Both the position numbers and the translations under genes were made by a program. The notes under the pieces are model-generated. The model saw only the letters and a program-made list of their open reading frames with translations, was not told where the DNA came from and ran no database searches. This document shows positions 12,173 to 24,919 of a stretch of DNA of 64,000 nucleotides, in pieces; positions within the stretch are counted from its first letter, which is position 1, and each line of letters begins with the position of its first letter. This DNA is from Dictyostelium discoideum (taxonomy: Eukaryota): contig CM000155.2 in assembly GCA_000004695.1 (NCBI GenBank), positions 2,944,001-3,008,000 of the forward strand. Direction: 5' to 3'.

Positions 12173-12952
12173 GTATTGAAAAAAAAAAAAAAAGATAAAA
12201 AAAAGATTAAAAATTTAAACAAATACTAACCATTTTATTATTCTAATTTGAAAACCAGGTATCCAAATTAATATTTTAATTTATATTTAATCAGATTGGT
12301 TAAAAATTTAAAATAAATATGTTAAATGGTTTTTATACAAGCATAAATATATTTTTTTATGTTTTAAATATCCTATTTTTAAAAAAAGATAAATTGGTGG
12401 AATTATTATTGAACTTTTTTTTTTTTGTTGTTGTTGAGTAGTTTATGTTAACCTCATGATCCTTCTTTATATTTGGTGGGATTATAGGTTTAATTCTTTT
12501 TTTTTTTTTTTTTTTTTTTATATTTGATCATTTTAATAAAAAAAAATTAATGCATTAATCAAATGATTTTTTTTTAAAGTTGATTGCAAATCCATATCCA
12601 TATCTGGTGAAATATCATTACTATCAAGTTTTTATATGAGAAATGTGATAATCTATAGCCTTGTAACACCATATGAAGTGAGGTTTATGAAATCTTATAT
12701 GAATGTAGTCAATGTTGATTTCATGGTCTTTCTTCATATTAGGAGGTATAATTGGTGTGATTTTGTTTGTTGTTTGTTGTTTATGATTGTTCCGCCTGTT
12801 AATTTGAAGATGAATCCTGTTAATTTGGTATTGTTAATATATGATTTGGGAGCACTTGTTCTGAAATACAATATACTTTGCAGGTTAGTTTTCTTAATTT
12901 TATTATTTGTATGGTAAAGTCATTTGGGTCCTTTTACAATATCTTCATAGCC

Positions 12953-12963
12953 GGAGTCGAACA
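12953..12963 (-). promoter_or_regulatory. ex-B box of tRNA-Lys copy 2
   Basis: Same TGTTCGACTCC element as in copy 1. Confidence 0.6.
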
Positions 12964-12995
12964 TGCGATCTCAACTATACTCAGTAAAAATAATT

Positions 12996-13068
12996 CGCCC
13001 AACGGGGGGCTCGAACCCCCGACCACCAGATTAAGAGTCTGGCGCTCTACCGACTGAGCTAGCCGGGC
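12996..13068 (-). tRNA. tRNA-Lys (anticodon CUU), duplicate copy
   Basis: Sequence identical to 10533-10605. Confidence 0.92.
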
Positions 13069-14399
13069 ATTTTTATGAATTTTCAATTAAAATACTGGTA
13101 TACGTAATAAATTTACTCCAATTGAAAAAAGATGAGTTTACAGGTGAAGCAATTTATTTTATCCAAAAAAAAAAGGTCAAATAATTATCAATTTAATACA
13201 CAAAAAATAAATAGTTTATTGTTGTCTCTTTCTTTTGAAATTAATAAAATATTTTAATTTAAGAGTTTTTATTTCAGATTTTTTGTTCAATTGCACAGAA
13301 CAGAGATTTAAAATTGTGGTGTGGCAAATAAAAAAAAAAATTATGAGAAAATAGATTATAATAGCTTTTATTAAATTACACTTATTTATACATTGATATT
13401 TAAATAGAAAATCGATTTAATTTTAATTTTATGAGAATAATAATTTCAAATAACTAATCCTCCATTTGGTTTTTGAAAAACTTCTAAATGTACAGAGTTT
13501 GAAGTGGGCTGAGTATTTAAATTTACAACACTTTTTGATTGATCTTTTTTTGTATTGATAAAACTTGTTGTTTTAACTGATTTATTTTTTGCCAAACAAT
13601 CTAACAAATTTTTAAATCAATATGTTAGAAAATAAATAAAATAAATTTTTGAAAAAAATAACTTAATTAGTTTACACACATACCGTAAATCATTTTTTAA
13701 TAAATTTTTTAAATAAATAAAAAAATAAATAAATTATATAAATAAAATAAAATATAATAAAATAAAATAAATAATTAAAAAACTAGTTTAATAAATAAAT
13801 ATTTTTTAAAAAATAGATTAAAAAAATTGTAAATAAATTTTTAAAAAATGAATAAAAAAAAAAAACAGAAAATTGAATTTAAATATTTTATTCTTTTATT
13901 TTTGTATTTTTTTAATTTTATAATTTTTTTTAATTGTTTATTTTATAAAATAATGAAAATATTAATTTAATATCCATATTTGTACTTTAAGATTATTATT
14001 TATAAATCTTGTGATTTTGTTTATTTAAATAATTATTTCAAAGAATTATAATATGAGTTTTTAAAATTAAGGCAATTATAGTACACTTTTACATATAATT
14101 ATACAATAAATATTTTAATTTTTTATTTTAAAAAAAAAAAATATTTAAAAATAAATTAAAAAAAAAAAATAACCACTCTTACTATTTGTTTTTATTATAA
14201 TAATAATCGAATTTTATTAATTTTGTTTTTATTTTAATATTTTGCTCTATATTGAATTTCAAATTCCATACGTCCTTCATTGTTTTTTTTTTTTTACACA
14301 GAATAATAACTGATTAAGATTTTTTTTGTTTATTATTTTTAAAAAAAAAAAAAAGAAACAAGTGGAGATTAAATATATTTTGTGTATTAACACTTTTAA

Positions 14400-14490
14400 G
14401 TATCATTTTTAAAAAAAAAAAAAAAAAAAAAATTGTAAAAAAAAAAAGAATTTATTTTGTTTAGAAAAACTTTTTTTTGTTTAATTATTA

Positions 14491-14523
<33 letters not shown>

Positions 14524-15521
14524 TTAAATAATAAAAAGTGGTATTTAATAATATAACAATATCAAAAGGGAAAAAAAAAAAGAAAAAAAAAAATAAAAAA
14601 AAAAAAGGAATGACAAAAAAAAAAAAAATTGGTATATTTATTTTGAAAAATTAATTTAAATCTTGCAATTACTTATCTTGATAATCAAATAAAAAAAAAG
14701 AAATTGTACAAATTAATAATGGCAATCTAACTAATAAATAAAATTCCACCCCCCCCCCTCTCTCTCCTTACAAAAGGATGAATCAGGTTGAAGGGGGTAT
14801 TATTTTTATATACATTTTTTTTAACAATCAATGTACATATAAAAAAAAAAAAAAAAATTATTATTTTCATTTTCCAATTCTTAATTTTTTGTATTGAAAC
14901 AAATTAAAAATAAATTTTGAAAAATTGAATTACTGAATTAGCTTACTTTTTTTGGTGTTTACCACAAAAAAAAAAAAAAAAAAAAAAAATGAAAATTAAT
15001 TTTTTTTTTTGAATTTTTTTATATGACAATTATAATAATAAGTATTAATCATGAAAAAAAACACAACCTAAAATTAAAAAGGGGGTTCGGGTTTATTTTC
15101 ACAGCTTGGTACAGATTTAAAAAAAGGAAAATAAAAAAAAAAACAAAATAAAAAACCCCCCCTTCCAAAAAAATATTACCCCCCAAAAAACAACATATTT
15201 AAAAAATTTATGGTTTTAAAAATCATTAATTTTAATAATTTTTTTTTATCCATTTTTTATTAATTTTTTTTTTTAAAAAAAAAAAATATTTTTAAATTCC
15301 CTTTAAACAAGGAATAAAAAATCAAATCAAAAAAAAAAAATTTACCTACAACTTTTTAGGGAAAGTTTTTTTATAGAAATTAAATTTTTATAAAAAAAAA
15401 AAAATTAGGAAAATTAAGAATTTAAAAATAAAATACCATTTCAAAAAAATATTTTTAACTTTTTAATTATAAAAAAATATCAAAAAATGAATTTAATTGG
15501 AAAGTTTAATTACATTTTTTA

Positions 15522-15571
<50 letters not shown>

Positions 15572-15600
15572 ATATACTAACTTTTGTTTTTTAATTTTTT
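14400..15600. repeat. Homopolymer-rich low-complexity block with isolated C/G runs
   Basis: poly(A)/poly(T) runs interspersed with cccccccctctctctcc, gggggttcgggtt and similar. No coding potential. Confidence 0.5.
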
Positions 15601-15995
15601 TTTAAAAAAAAAGACTCTTTCAAAGATCTTAGTTTATCAAACGAAAATAAACAATTTTTAAATGTTAGAAATAATTCAAATAATGGATTTCACAATAATT
15701 TTACTTTAATAAAAAATCAAAACAATTCAGTTATTAGTAATAATCCAGTTATTGTTGTTTCTTTTATAAAATAATATTAAAATCAAGTAAAAAAAAAATA
15801 ATATATATGGAAATAGAAATGATTTTTAAAAAAAAATAATAATAATCAATATATATAGAAATAGAAATAATTAAAAAAAAAAAAAAAAAAAATAATGACA
15901 ATCCGAATCTAAAAAAAAAATGTTGTAAAAATAAAAATTAATTTATTTATTTATTTAAAAAATATAAACTTTTAATTAATTAATTAATTAATTAA

Positions 15996-16783
15996 TTATA
16001 AATATGGTTTTAATAAAATTAAATCTAATTGTGAAATTAAGTTATTTAAATTTTTTGGAGGTATACCTTTAAAATTATAACGAATTAATTTATCTTGATT
16101 TGATTGTAATCTTGATTTTATTCTTTTTACAATTTCTAAATTATGATGAATTGCATTTAAATTAATATCTATTGGATCATTTCTATTGTCTAATAGATAT
16201 AAGAATATTTCATCTCTTTTATGACGCAATGCTTGAATTGGTACTAATGATGAAATTGGATAAATATTCAACTCTGTTAAATATTGAACCAATGCTAAAC
16301 TATCACTTGTTACAGCATTCTCCATAATGAAATTATTATCAATTAATTTATTTAACCCTCCATCTACACCATTTTGATGAATAAATTTCATAAATTCTAA
16401 ATCACCCCTATTAGCAATGAATTCACCAACTAATTTATCATTCCAAAGGAAATTCTCTTTAAAATTATAATAAAGATATTTAAATAATTCAAAATTTTCA
16501 CATGCTAATCTAATACCATATTTATATAAAAAATCATTATTATTATTATTATTATTTGAATTATTACTATTTTTATTTATTGCTGTTGAATTTCTAATAA
16601 TCTTTTTTACAAATTCAAATTCTTTATATTTTAAAATATATTGAAATCCAATTCTAACTTTATCTTTTTCTTTTAAATTTTCTTTTATTCCTTTTTTATA
16701 TAAAAAATTAAAAATAAATAATTTTTTAATATCTTTGTCTTCCAATTCATTTAAATTATTTAAATTTAAAATTTTTAAAGTTG
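15996..16783 (-). CDS. Hypothetical protein with ankyrin-repeat-like segments; N-terminus may lie in the gap 16784-16883
   Basis: ORF 15996..16745, with the frame open up to the gap edge. Motifs GDLEFMKFIHQNGVDGG and ENAVTSDSLALVQYLTE resemble ankyrin repeats. Contains a poly-N tract. Confidence 0.5.
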
Positions 16784-16883
16784 NNNNNNNNNNNNNNNNN
16801 NNNNNNNNNNNNNNNNNNNNNNNNNNNNNNNNNNNNNNNNNNNNNNNNNNNNNNNNNNNNNNNNNNNNNNNNNNNNNNNNNNN
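16784..16883. other. Assembly gap (100 N)
   Basis: Run of N. Confidence 1.
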
Positions 16884-16924
<41 letters not shown>

Positions 16925-17149
16925 TAAATATTTTTTTGGTAAATTAAAAATAAATAAATAAATAAAATAAAAAATATTATTAAAAAAATAAAATATATCC
17001 ATTTATATTATTATTTTTATTTTTAATAAAAGTTTTTTGTTTTTCCAATATTTATTTATTATATTATATTATTATTATTATAAATATTTTTTTATTTTTA
17101 TTATTATTATTAATATTTTTTTATTTTTATAATTTTTATTATTAGGTGG

Positions 17150-17939
17150 TTAATCAAAAGAAACATAATATTTTTTAATTTCATAAGAAATTTCAGTTTC
17201 AGCCAAATAGAAAGGACTTGTTTTCAAATTTTTAAAATATTTTAGAATGATTTGGGTGAATTGTTTATAGCAATTGAATAGTTTATCAAGAATCATTTGA
17301 AAGATTTTCATACCATTTTTAAAGTTTGGAAATTGTTGAGTGACTATTACATTCATTTCTTCGATACCAGATCTCCAATTTTGATAAAATTGTTTCAATA
17401 TTTCTTCAAGTATTTCTTTCTTCAATTGTGGATGGTTAATTTCTTCCAACGTATATAAACCAATCAATGGATACAAATCTCTAACAGTTGTAATAACATT
17501 TTTAAAATATACAAATGAAACCAATTGTTCTAAACAATATTGTTCAGCTTCTTTTTCAAATAATAAAATCCAATAATCTTTATCTTCATTACCGCTACCA
17601 ATAAATTCATTTTCATTATTATTATTATTATCATTATTATTTTCATCATTTTTATTACTATTATTACCATTAATTTTATTATTATTATTATTATTATTTA
17701 CAATATTATTATTACTATTTAATTTATCAGTTAAAATTGTTAAAATTAAATCAAAATTATTTAATCTAAAAATTAATTTTGAAAGATGATTTGATTTTAA
17801 ATCATCAGATAGTCTATTAATTAATTTATACATTTCAACTCTCATTATTGCTAAATTTTCATTAATTATTGAATGTGATTCTTTAATATTAAATAATAAA
17901 TGATCATTATCCGTATTAATTAAATCATTATTATTATTG

Positions 17940-17980
<41 letters not shown>

Positions 17981-19780
17981 ATTATTAAAATTATATAAAA
18001 CTGAAAATGAACCAATTAATTCACTATATCTTCTAACAACATAATGAGGTCTATTTTCTTCAATTGGTGATAAATCTTTAACATTTGCATCTCTAATAGA
18101 TTGAATATTCTCTTCGAATAATATTGTTAATCTTGATAGAGTTGAATTAATAATGAATTGAAATAATCTATCAGTACAATCTGATTTGAATTGAATTTTA
18201 CTTCTATATTTACTAGTGATTGATAATATTAATAACAAAGCCACTATATCATAAGTTGATGCTAAATAACCATTTAAATTCTCCATAAATAATGATTCTG
18301 ATTTACAAAATAAAAAAGTAGAACTATCTTTATTTGATAGGAAATAATCCTTTAGAAACATATTTTCATATGATACTAAATCAATGATAAAGAATAACAA
18401 TGATCTGAATATAACTTCATAGGAATATTTTATAGAGTCAGAGGCAGAGGAAGATTCGAAATTGATAGATTGGGGTTTTAATGGTGGAGTTTCGAGTTCA
18501 TTTAAAATCTGATACCTAGTTTCAATGGTGTAAATGGATGATTTACACTTTAATTTATTACTTTTACTCGAGAAGAATCCCCTGGTTTTACTCTCGTGCA
18601 TACCAATTAAATCATTTCTTGATGTTGGTTCCATTTGAAGTTTCTCCAAGAATGTTATATAACTTCTATAATAGGATGAATAGATTCTTTCAGCAATCTC
18701 TTTATATTGATCGAATAGAATTCTAGCAACACGTCTAGTATGTTTATAGAGGAATATAAATGCTTGTCTGTATAGGGTGAATTCTTGTTGTTTCGATTGC
18801 AACGATTGTATATCCTTGATTTGGTTGAATTGTACCATGAAAAACCTATGAATCTTATCCAAAACCACGTTCAACAGTTTCAGTGTCACCTCTTCAATTT
18901 CACCCGTTGCAAAGACTCCATCGATCTTTTGTGACGATATGTGGCCTATCTTCTTACTGAATATTGAAAGATATTGAAGATACTGATCGTTAACCTCACC
19001 TTGTGTCAATAGGTGTATCAAATCATCCGATATCGAAACCTCCTCTATAATCTTATCCAATCGTTCCACCACCTTCTTCCTATTGACACATTTGGAATTC
19101 TGTGTAATCGATAACTCTTGTAAATTTCTCATTTCTTTTGAAATGTTTGTTAATTCACCTTGAAATTTACTTAACATATCTTCGAAACCACTCAATAGAT
19201 CAGTACTCTCTGTTATGGTTTTATAAAGTATTGCAAATGTTTCCCTCTCATTAACATAATCTGGTATAATATCTTGATAAAGTTCATTCATCTCCTTATC
19301 ACATCTCTCTAACGATTCACCAACTTCTTTTGAAAATTTACTTAAATCAATACCCTTATCCAAACAATTTGCTATAACTTGCTCATCCTTTGCATAGCGT
19401 TCAATTTGATTTTCAAAATCTTCCATACCCTCTCCCATTATATTGATTGTTGTTAAATCTAAATCAAATTTAAATTCCATATTGTCATCTTTTTCAATTT
19501 GTTCTTTATTATTTGTATTGTTACTATTATTTTGATTTTTAGATTTTTTTGAAATTTCTATTGATTGTAAACTATTTGATAATGAATTTGTATCATCATC
19601 ACTTATAAATTCATTATTTGTTGTTACTGCTTCATCTTCTTCGTGATGACGAAATCCTTTACTTGTACCATTTAATTCTTTATCAAATACTTCATCAAGA
19701 TTTGAACCTGTATTTTTATTATTTTTTAAATTATTATTATTATTATTTGTATTATTATTATTATTACTATTATTATTCAT
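17150..19780 (-). CDS. vps52: Vps52 (GARP complex subunit), single exon, 876 aa
   Basis: IYSSYYRSYITFLEKLQMEPTSRNDLIGMHESKTRGFFSSK and the N-terminal coiled-coil region align with metazoan VPS52 (IYLSYYRSYLGRLMKVQ...KKGFFSKPS). Poly-N tracts are typical of Dictyostelium. Confidence 0.85.
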
Positions 19781-20406
19781 ATTTTATATTTTTCACACTG
19801 AGTTGAAAATGTGAATTGCAAAAAATAAAAAAAATAAAAAAAAAAATAAAAAATTAAAAAATAAAAAAATAAAAAAAAAATCCAACAAAATTTTATTTTT
19901 TTATTATTAATAAAATATTTTCTATTTTTTCCATAAATTAATTTAAAATGAAAAAAAGTATTTAAATGAAAAAATAGAAAATATTTAATTAATAATAAAA
20001 AAATTATTCCCCTTACTTTTGGAGTTTATTTTTTTTTTTTTCCTTTTAAAGTAATCTATCAAAAATTTTATTATTAACCATAGTGATTTAAATTTTAAAT
20101 ACAACCTAAACAATATCTCCTAAATGGTGTGTATCTCCTTTCAATTTTTTTTTTTTTTTTTTGTTTATTTAACATTATTTTAAATAATTTCTTTGAATAA
20201 ATTCATCAAAATTTTGTGAGTTTGGAAAAAAAAAAAAAAAAATAAAAATAAAATAAAAAAAAAAAATAAAAAATAAAAAAAAAAGTGTGTTCATAAAATT
20301 TAATTTAAAAAAAAAAAAACAAATTTCAAAAAAAAAAAAAAAAAAAAAAAAACAACACACATAACACAAAAATACAAATAATTTTAAAAATATATATAAT
20401 ATAATA

Positions 20407-21415
20407 ATGAGTGATCATAGTGAAGCCATTGCAACATTTCAATCAATTACAGGTGCATCAAAAGAAGAATCTACATTTTATTTAGAGAGTCATGATTGGG
20501 ATTTAGAAGTAAGATTTTATTATTCTTAATTTTTTATCACTTTTTTATTTTTTTTTTTTTTTTTTATCCTAAATTATTTATTTTTTTTTTTTTTTAAAAA
20601 AATTAAAGAAAGCAGCACAAACTTTTACAACATTACAAGAAGAAGAAAATCAAAGAAATGATCAACCACAAATTGAAGAAGATTATGAAGATGAGGAAGA
20701 GGAAGATGATCATAGAGATCCAATGCCAGCATCAAGACCAGTATATAGTAAACCAGTTGCAAAAACTGTTAGTAAGAAAGCACCAGCAGGTGGTAGAGTA
20801 GGTGGTATTAGAACATTATCAGATTTCAATAATGATGATCATGATGATCATGATCATAGTGATGGTGATGATGATGAAGATGACAGATCTCAACAATATT
20901 TCACTGGTGGTGAAAAGAGTGGTTTGGTGGTTGAAAGTGCACCAAAGAAAGGTAAAAACGGTGGTAGTGGTGATATTGTAAACGATGTATTCGATAGTGC
21001 CAAAAGACATGGTGCTGTTGCATCCAATGAAAAGAAAGTTGAAAAACCAGATTCATTCGATAGTGTTGGTTATCAATTGGGTGCCACTGATCAAGGTAAT
21101 CGTAATGTAAGCAAACCAAAGGAAAAAGATCCAAATTCTCAAGTCGTAGAAGTTAAAGTCACCTTTTGGAATCAAGGTTTCACCATTGATGATGGTCCAC
21201 TTCGTAAGTATGATAATCCAGAGAATAAAGAATTACTCGATGATATTCAAAGGGGTATTGTACCACGTGAACTTCAAAAAAAAGCAACCACTCCAAATGG
21301 TTTATCTGTAACTTTGATAAATAATCATAATCAAGATTATGTTGAACCAGCAAAACCAAAATATGTTGCATTCTCTGGTGGTGGTCAAACTTTAGGTAGT
21401 TCTTCCACCTCAACA

Positions 21416-21447
<32 letters not shown>

Positions 21448-21754
21448 CAATAGAGCAACCACTACTTCAACTACTACAACTTCAACACCAAATGTATCAT
21501 CAATCAATGTAGATCAATCACAACCAACAACAACAGTTCAAATTCGTTTAGCAAATGGTTCAAGACTTTCAACAACCTTTAATCACTCTCATACCCTTCA
21601 AGATGTTATTAATTATATCAATAGCTCAAGTGGTTCAAATCAATCTTTTGATCTTTTAACTGGTTTCCCTCAAAAACCAGTCACAAACCCAACTTCAACA
21701 ACTTTAAAAGATGCTGGTTTATTAAATGCTTTATTAATTCAAAAATTAAAATAA
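20407..21754 (+). CDS. nsfl1c: p47/NSFL1C (Shp1) homolog with UBA-like, SEP and UBX domains; 2 exons 20407..20508 and 20609..21754
   Basis: Exon 1 is MSDHSEAIATFQSITGASKEESTFYLESHDWDLE (UBA-like) with a GTAAGA donor, and the acceptor is aattaaag. The SEP domain is VTFWNQGFTIDDGPLRKYDNPENKELLDDIQRGIVPREL. The UBX domain is TTVQIRLANGSRLSTTFNHSHTLQDVINYI...LTGFPQKP. Confidence 0.85.
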
Positions 21755-21852
21755 ATAATATTAAAATAATATGAAATAAATAAAAATAATAATAATAATG
21801 ATAATGATAATAATTGAATCCAGTTTTTAGTTGTTTGGTAATTATTTGTTTT

Positions 21853-22947
21853 TTATTCATCTTTTGATTTGTTTTTTTCTTTTTTATCTTTTTTTACTTT
21901 CTTTTTATCATCTTTAGAGGATGATTCACTCTTTTCTTTTTTATCCTTTTTATCTTTTTTATCTTTCTTTTCTACTTTTTCTTCATTATCTTTTGAAGAT
22001 TTACTCTTTTTCTTTTCTTTTTTATCTTTTTTTACTTTCTTTTCATCATCATCATCATTGTCATCGTCATCTGAATTTGATTTTCTTTTTTCTTTTTTAT
22101 CTTTTTTTTCTTTCTTTTCTTTCTTTTCTTTTTTATCTTTATTATCTTTTTTAACATGTTCCATTTCATTTTGATCATTATCTTTATAATTAATATTTTC
22201 ATTTTCATTTTCTAATCTTTGTTTTTTAGTATTTCTTAATTCATCTTTTTCTTCAACTAATTTTCTTTTAAAATCTTCATATTTTTGACCACCATCACCT
22301 TTTAATAATGATGGATCATAACGACCTTCATCTTGAGCTTTTAATCTTTCTAATTTACCAATTGGTGCATATTTTCTAAGAGTTCTACCTTTACATGCTT
22401 CAAATTCTTCTTGAAGTCTTTTAGAAGAATCAAAATTTAATTTTGATTTTAATTTATCATTTTCTCTTTTAATTGATTCTAATCTTTCTGTCTCTTCTTC
22501 TTTATTTCTTTTTTCAGTTTCTTCAATACTTTCTAAAGTTTCACTCTCTAATATAAATGATGATTTCTTAAATTGACCAAATACTAATGTTTTATTTTCT
22601 TCTTCTTTTTTATTTACTTCTTTTGTAATTTCATTCATAATTTTATCTTTTTTATTATTTTTACTTTTAATTCCACCTTTACATGATAAATTATTATCAT
22701 TATCATTATTATTATTGTTTTTGTTTTTATTATTATTAACTTTATCATTTTCATTATCAGTATCATCATCACTTTTTTTACTATTATTTACATCTGATCT
22801 TGATTCAAAAAGTTCATTTTGTTCTTCTGATCCTATTTTTTTATTATCCCAAACTCTATCCCACCAATTATTATCATGTTGAAATCCTGTACTACCAACC
22901 TATAAAATAAATAAAAAAATAAAAAAAAAGAATATTGTTAATAAAAC

Positions 22948-22978
<31 letters not shown>

Positions 22979-23115
22979 AATTTACTTACACCAAATGTAT
23001 TTTTTTTCTTATCAATATGAATTGCTTTTGTTATACCATCTCTATTTTTACCTAAACCATCTCCTCTTTTCCAACCAGTTTTACCCATCCATTCTTCGTA
23101 TTTTGAAAAATCCAT
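21853..23115 (-). CDS. G-patch domain protein, GPATCH4-like; 2 exons 23115..22990 and 22899..21853
   Basis: Exon 1 is MDFSKYEEWMGKTGWKRGDGLGKNRDGITKAIHIDKKKNTFG (G-patch) with a GTAAGT donor. A TATAG acceptor then gives VGSTGFQHDNNWWDRVW. Later FEACKGRTLRKYAPIGKLERLKAQDEG matches GPATCH4 ACEGRTAHKAARLG..KLARLEAQE. The C-terminus is KKEKK-rich. Confidence 0.7.
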
Positions 23116-23907
23116 TTTATTTTTAATATTATAGCAAAATGTTTTAAAAAAAAATTACAAAATATGAAAAGTTTGAAATTATAATTGTGATGGAATAAAT
23201 TTTTTTTTTTTTTTTTGAAAGGGACTTTTGTCGTTTTTTTTTTTTTTGTCGACAAAAATAAATTAAATTATTTTTTTTATTTTTTTTTTTAAACACAAGA
23301 AATTTTGTTAATATGTTTTTTTCTTCAATTATTAAAATTAATTTTAATTAAAAAAAAAAAAAAAATAAATAAATAAATAAAATCCAAGTTTTAAAAATAG
23401 AAAAAAAAAAAAAGAATGATAATAAAAAACCAAAGTTGGTAAATCTTAATTATTTATTCGGATAATTGCTATAAAAAAAAATAATGATATAAAATATGGT
23501 TTAATTAAATAAAAATAAATTTAAAAATAAATATTATTTATTTATTTTTATTTAATTATTTCTTTTGGTAGAAAAAAAAAAAAAGAAAAAAGAAAAAAAA
23601 AAAAAAAAAAAAAAAGAAAAAAAAGAAAAATAAAATTTTAATTAAATTGAATAAAATAATAAAATATATAAATATAATTAAAAAAATTATAGTAATCTTA
23701 CTTTAATATTAATTTCAAAGATTTTTTTTATTTTTATTTTTTTTATTTTTTTTTTTTTTTTCCAACGTTAATCAAAATATTGTATGAGCGCCGCACAAAA
23801 TTTCAAAATTTTTTTTTTTTTTTCTCTCGTGCCTAATTTTTCGTTATTTTCAAAATTGTTTTTTTTTTCTTTTTTCGCGTTTAGTTTTACACAGATACAT
23901 TATCACC

Positions 23908-24721
23908 ATGGCAGGAAAAAAAGGTATGGTGTTATCTCTATCACATTTTATTTTAAATATATCATATATCTTTCAATTCCATCATCAATCTTTATCAATC
24001 ATTGAGTGTTGATAATAAATAAATTATAAAATTTAAATAATAGATAGGAGAGATAGATGATATATACAATTTTATAAAAATGAGAATATAAACTAATATT
24101 TATTATTATTATACTATAATCTGGAACCTATAGTCAAATCTAACACACCAAAACAAGACTTATCTGTCTCTAAATCAAAGCTCACCAGCATTAAAGCCCC
24201 AGCTGCTGCCATCAAAGCTAAAGCTGCCGCTTCTGCTGTCAAAAAGGGTGTCTCAAACAAATCTACCCGTAAGGTCAGAACCTCTGTCATCTTCAGGTAT
24301 GTATAATATTTATAGGGAATAACACAACAGGAAGAAGCAGGTAAAATAAAACAACAGCAAACTAATAGGTTATTTTATATAATTTTATAGACGTCCAGTT
24401 ACTTTAAACAACCCAAAGAAACCAGCTTACCCAAGAAGATCAGTCAACAAAATCACCAAAATGGATCAATTCAGAATCTTAAAAGCACCATTAACCACTG
24501 AATCTGCCACCCAAAAAATCGAAGGTAGCAACACCATCACTTTTATGGTTGATATGTTTGCCAACAAATCACAAGTTGCTGATGCCGTCGCTAAAATGTA
24601 TGATGTCAAAGTCAAGAGAGTTAACACTTTAATTACCCCACGTGGTGAAAAGAAAGCTTTTGTCACTTTATCACCAGAATTCGAAGCTGCTGATGTTGCC
24701 AACAAAATCGGTTTAATCTAA
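23908..24721 (+). CDS. rpl23a: 60S ribosomal protein L23a (uL23); 3 exons 23908..23923, 24134..24296, 24391..24721
   Basis: C-terminal KAPLTTESATQKIEGSNTITFMVDMFANKSQVADAVAKMYDVKVKRVNTLITPRGEKKAFVTLSPEFEAADVANKIGLI is near-identical to eukaryotic RPL23A. Micro-exon 1 is MAGKK(G) with a GTATGG donor. Phases are consistent and total length is 510 nt. Confidence 0.9.
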
Positions 24722-24919
24722 ACAATTCTCCCTTATATAATAAAAAAAAGCTTTTCAAAAAAAAAAAAAAAAAAAAAAACCATATATTCATGTGTATACA
24801 TATTCACAATATTTAATATTTTTATTTTTCAATATTTTATTGATTACCAATTTGTTTTATTTATTTAATTTTAAAAATTTTATTTATTTATTATTATTTA
24901 ATATTGAAAATTTTATTTA

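Larger units (their letters stand above)
11999..14357. repeat. Copy 2 of the tandem duplication (empty-site version, without the TRE insertion); includes a duplicated lysozyme exon 6 (12044..12172) and a second tRNA-Lys
   Basis: Collinear with 8906-11898 except that 12870-12885 reads GTTCTGAAATACAATATACTTTGCAGG uninterrupted. Confidence 0.85.

Noticed and set aside
21869-22174. Antisense ORFs over coding repeats (21869..22174, 32629..32907, 33129..33557, 34429..35701, 60550..60829, 30863..31138)
   Set aside because: They lie opposite well-supported genes (GPATCH4-like, RhoGAP, YL1, polyQ/polyN tracts). Low-complexity L/V/F-rich translations are typical of antisense repeats.
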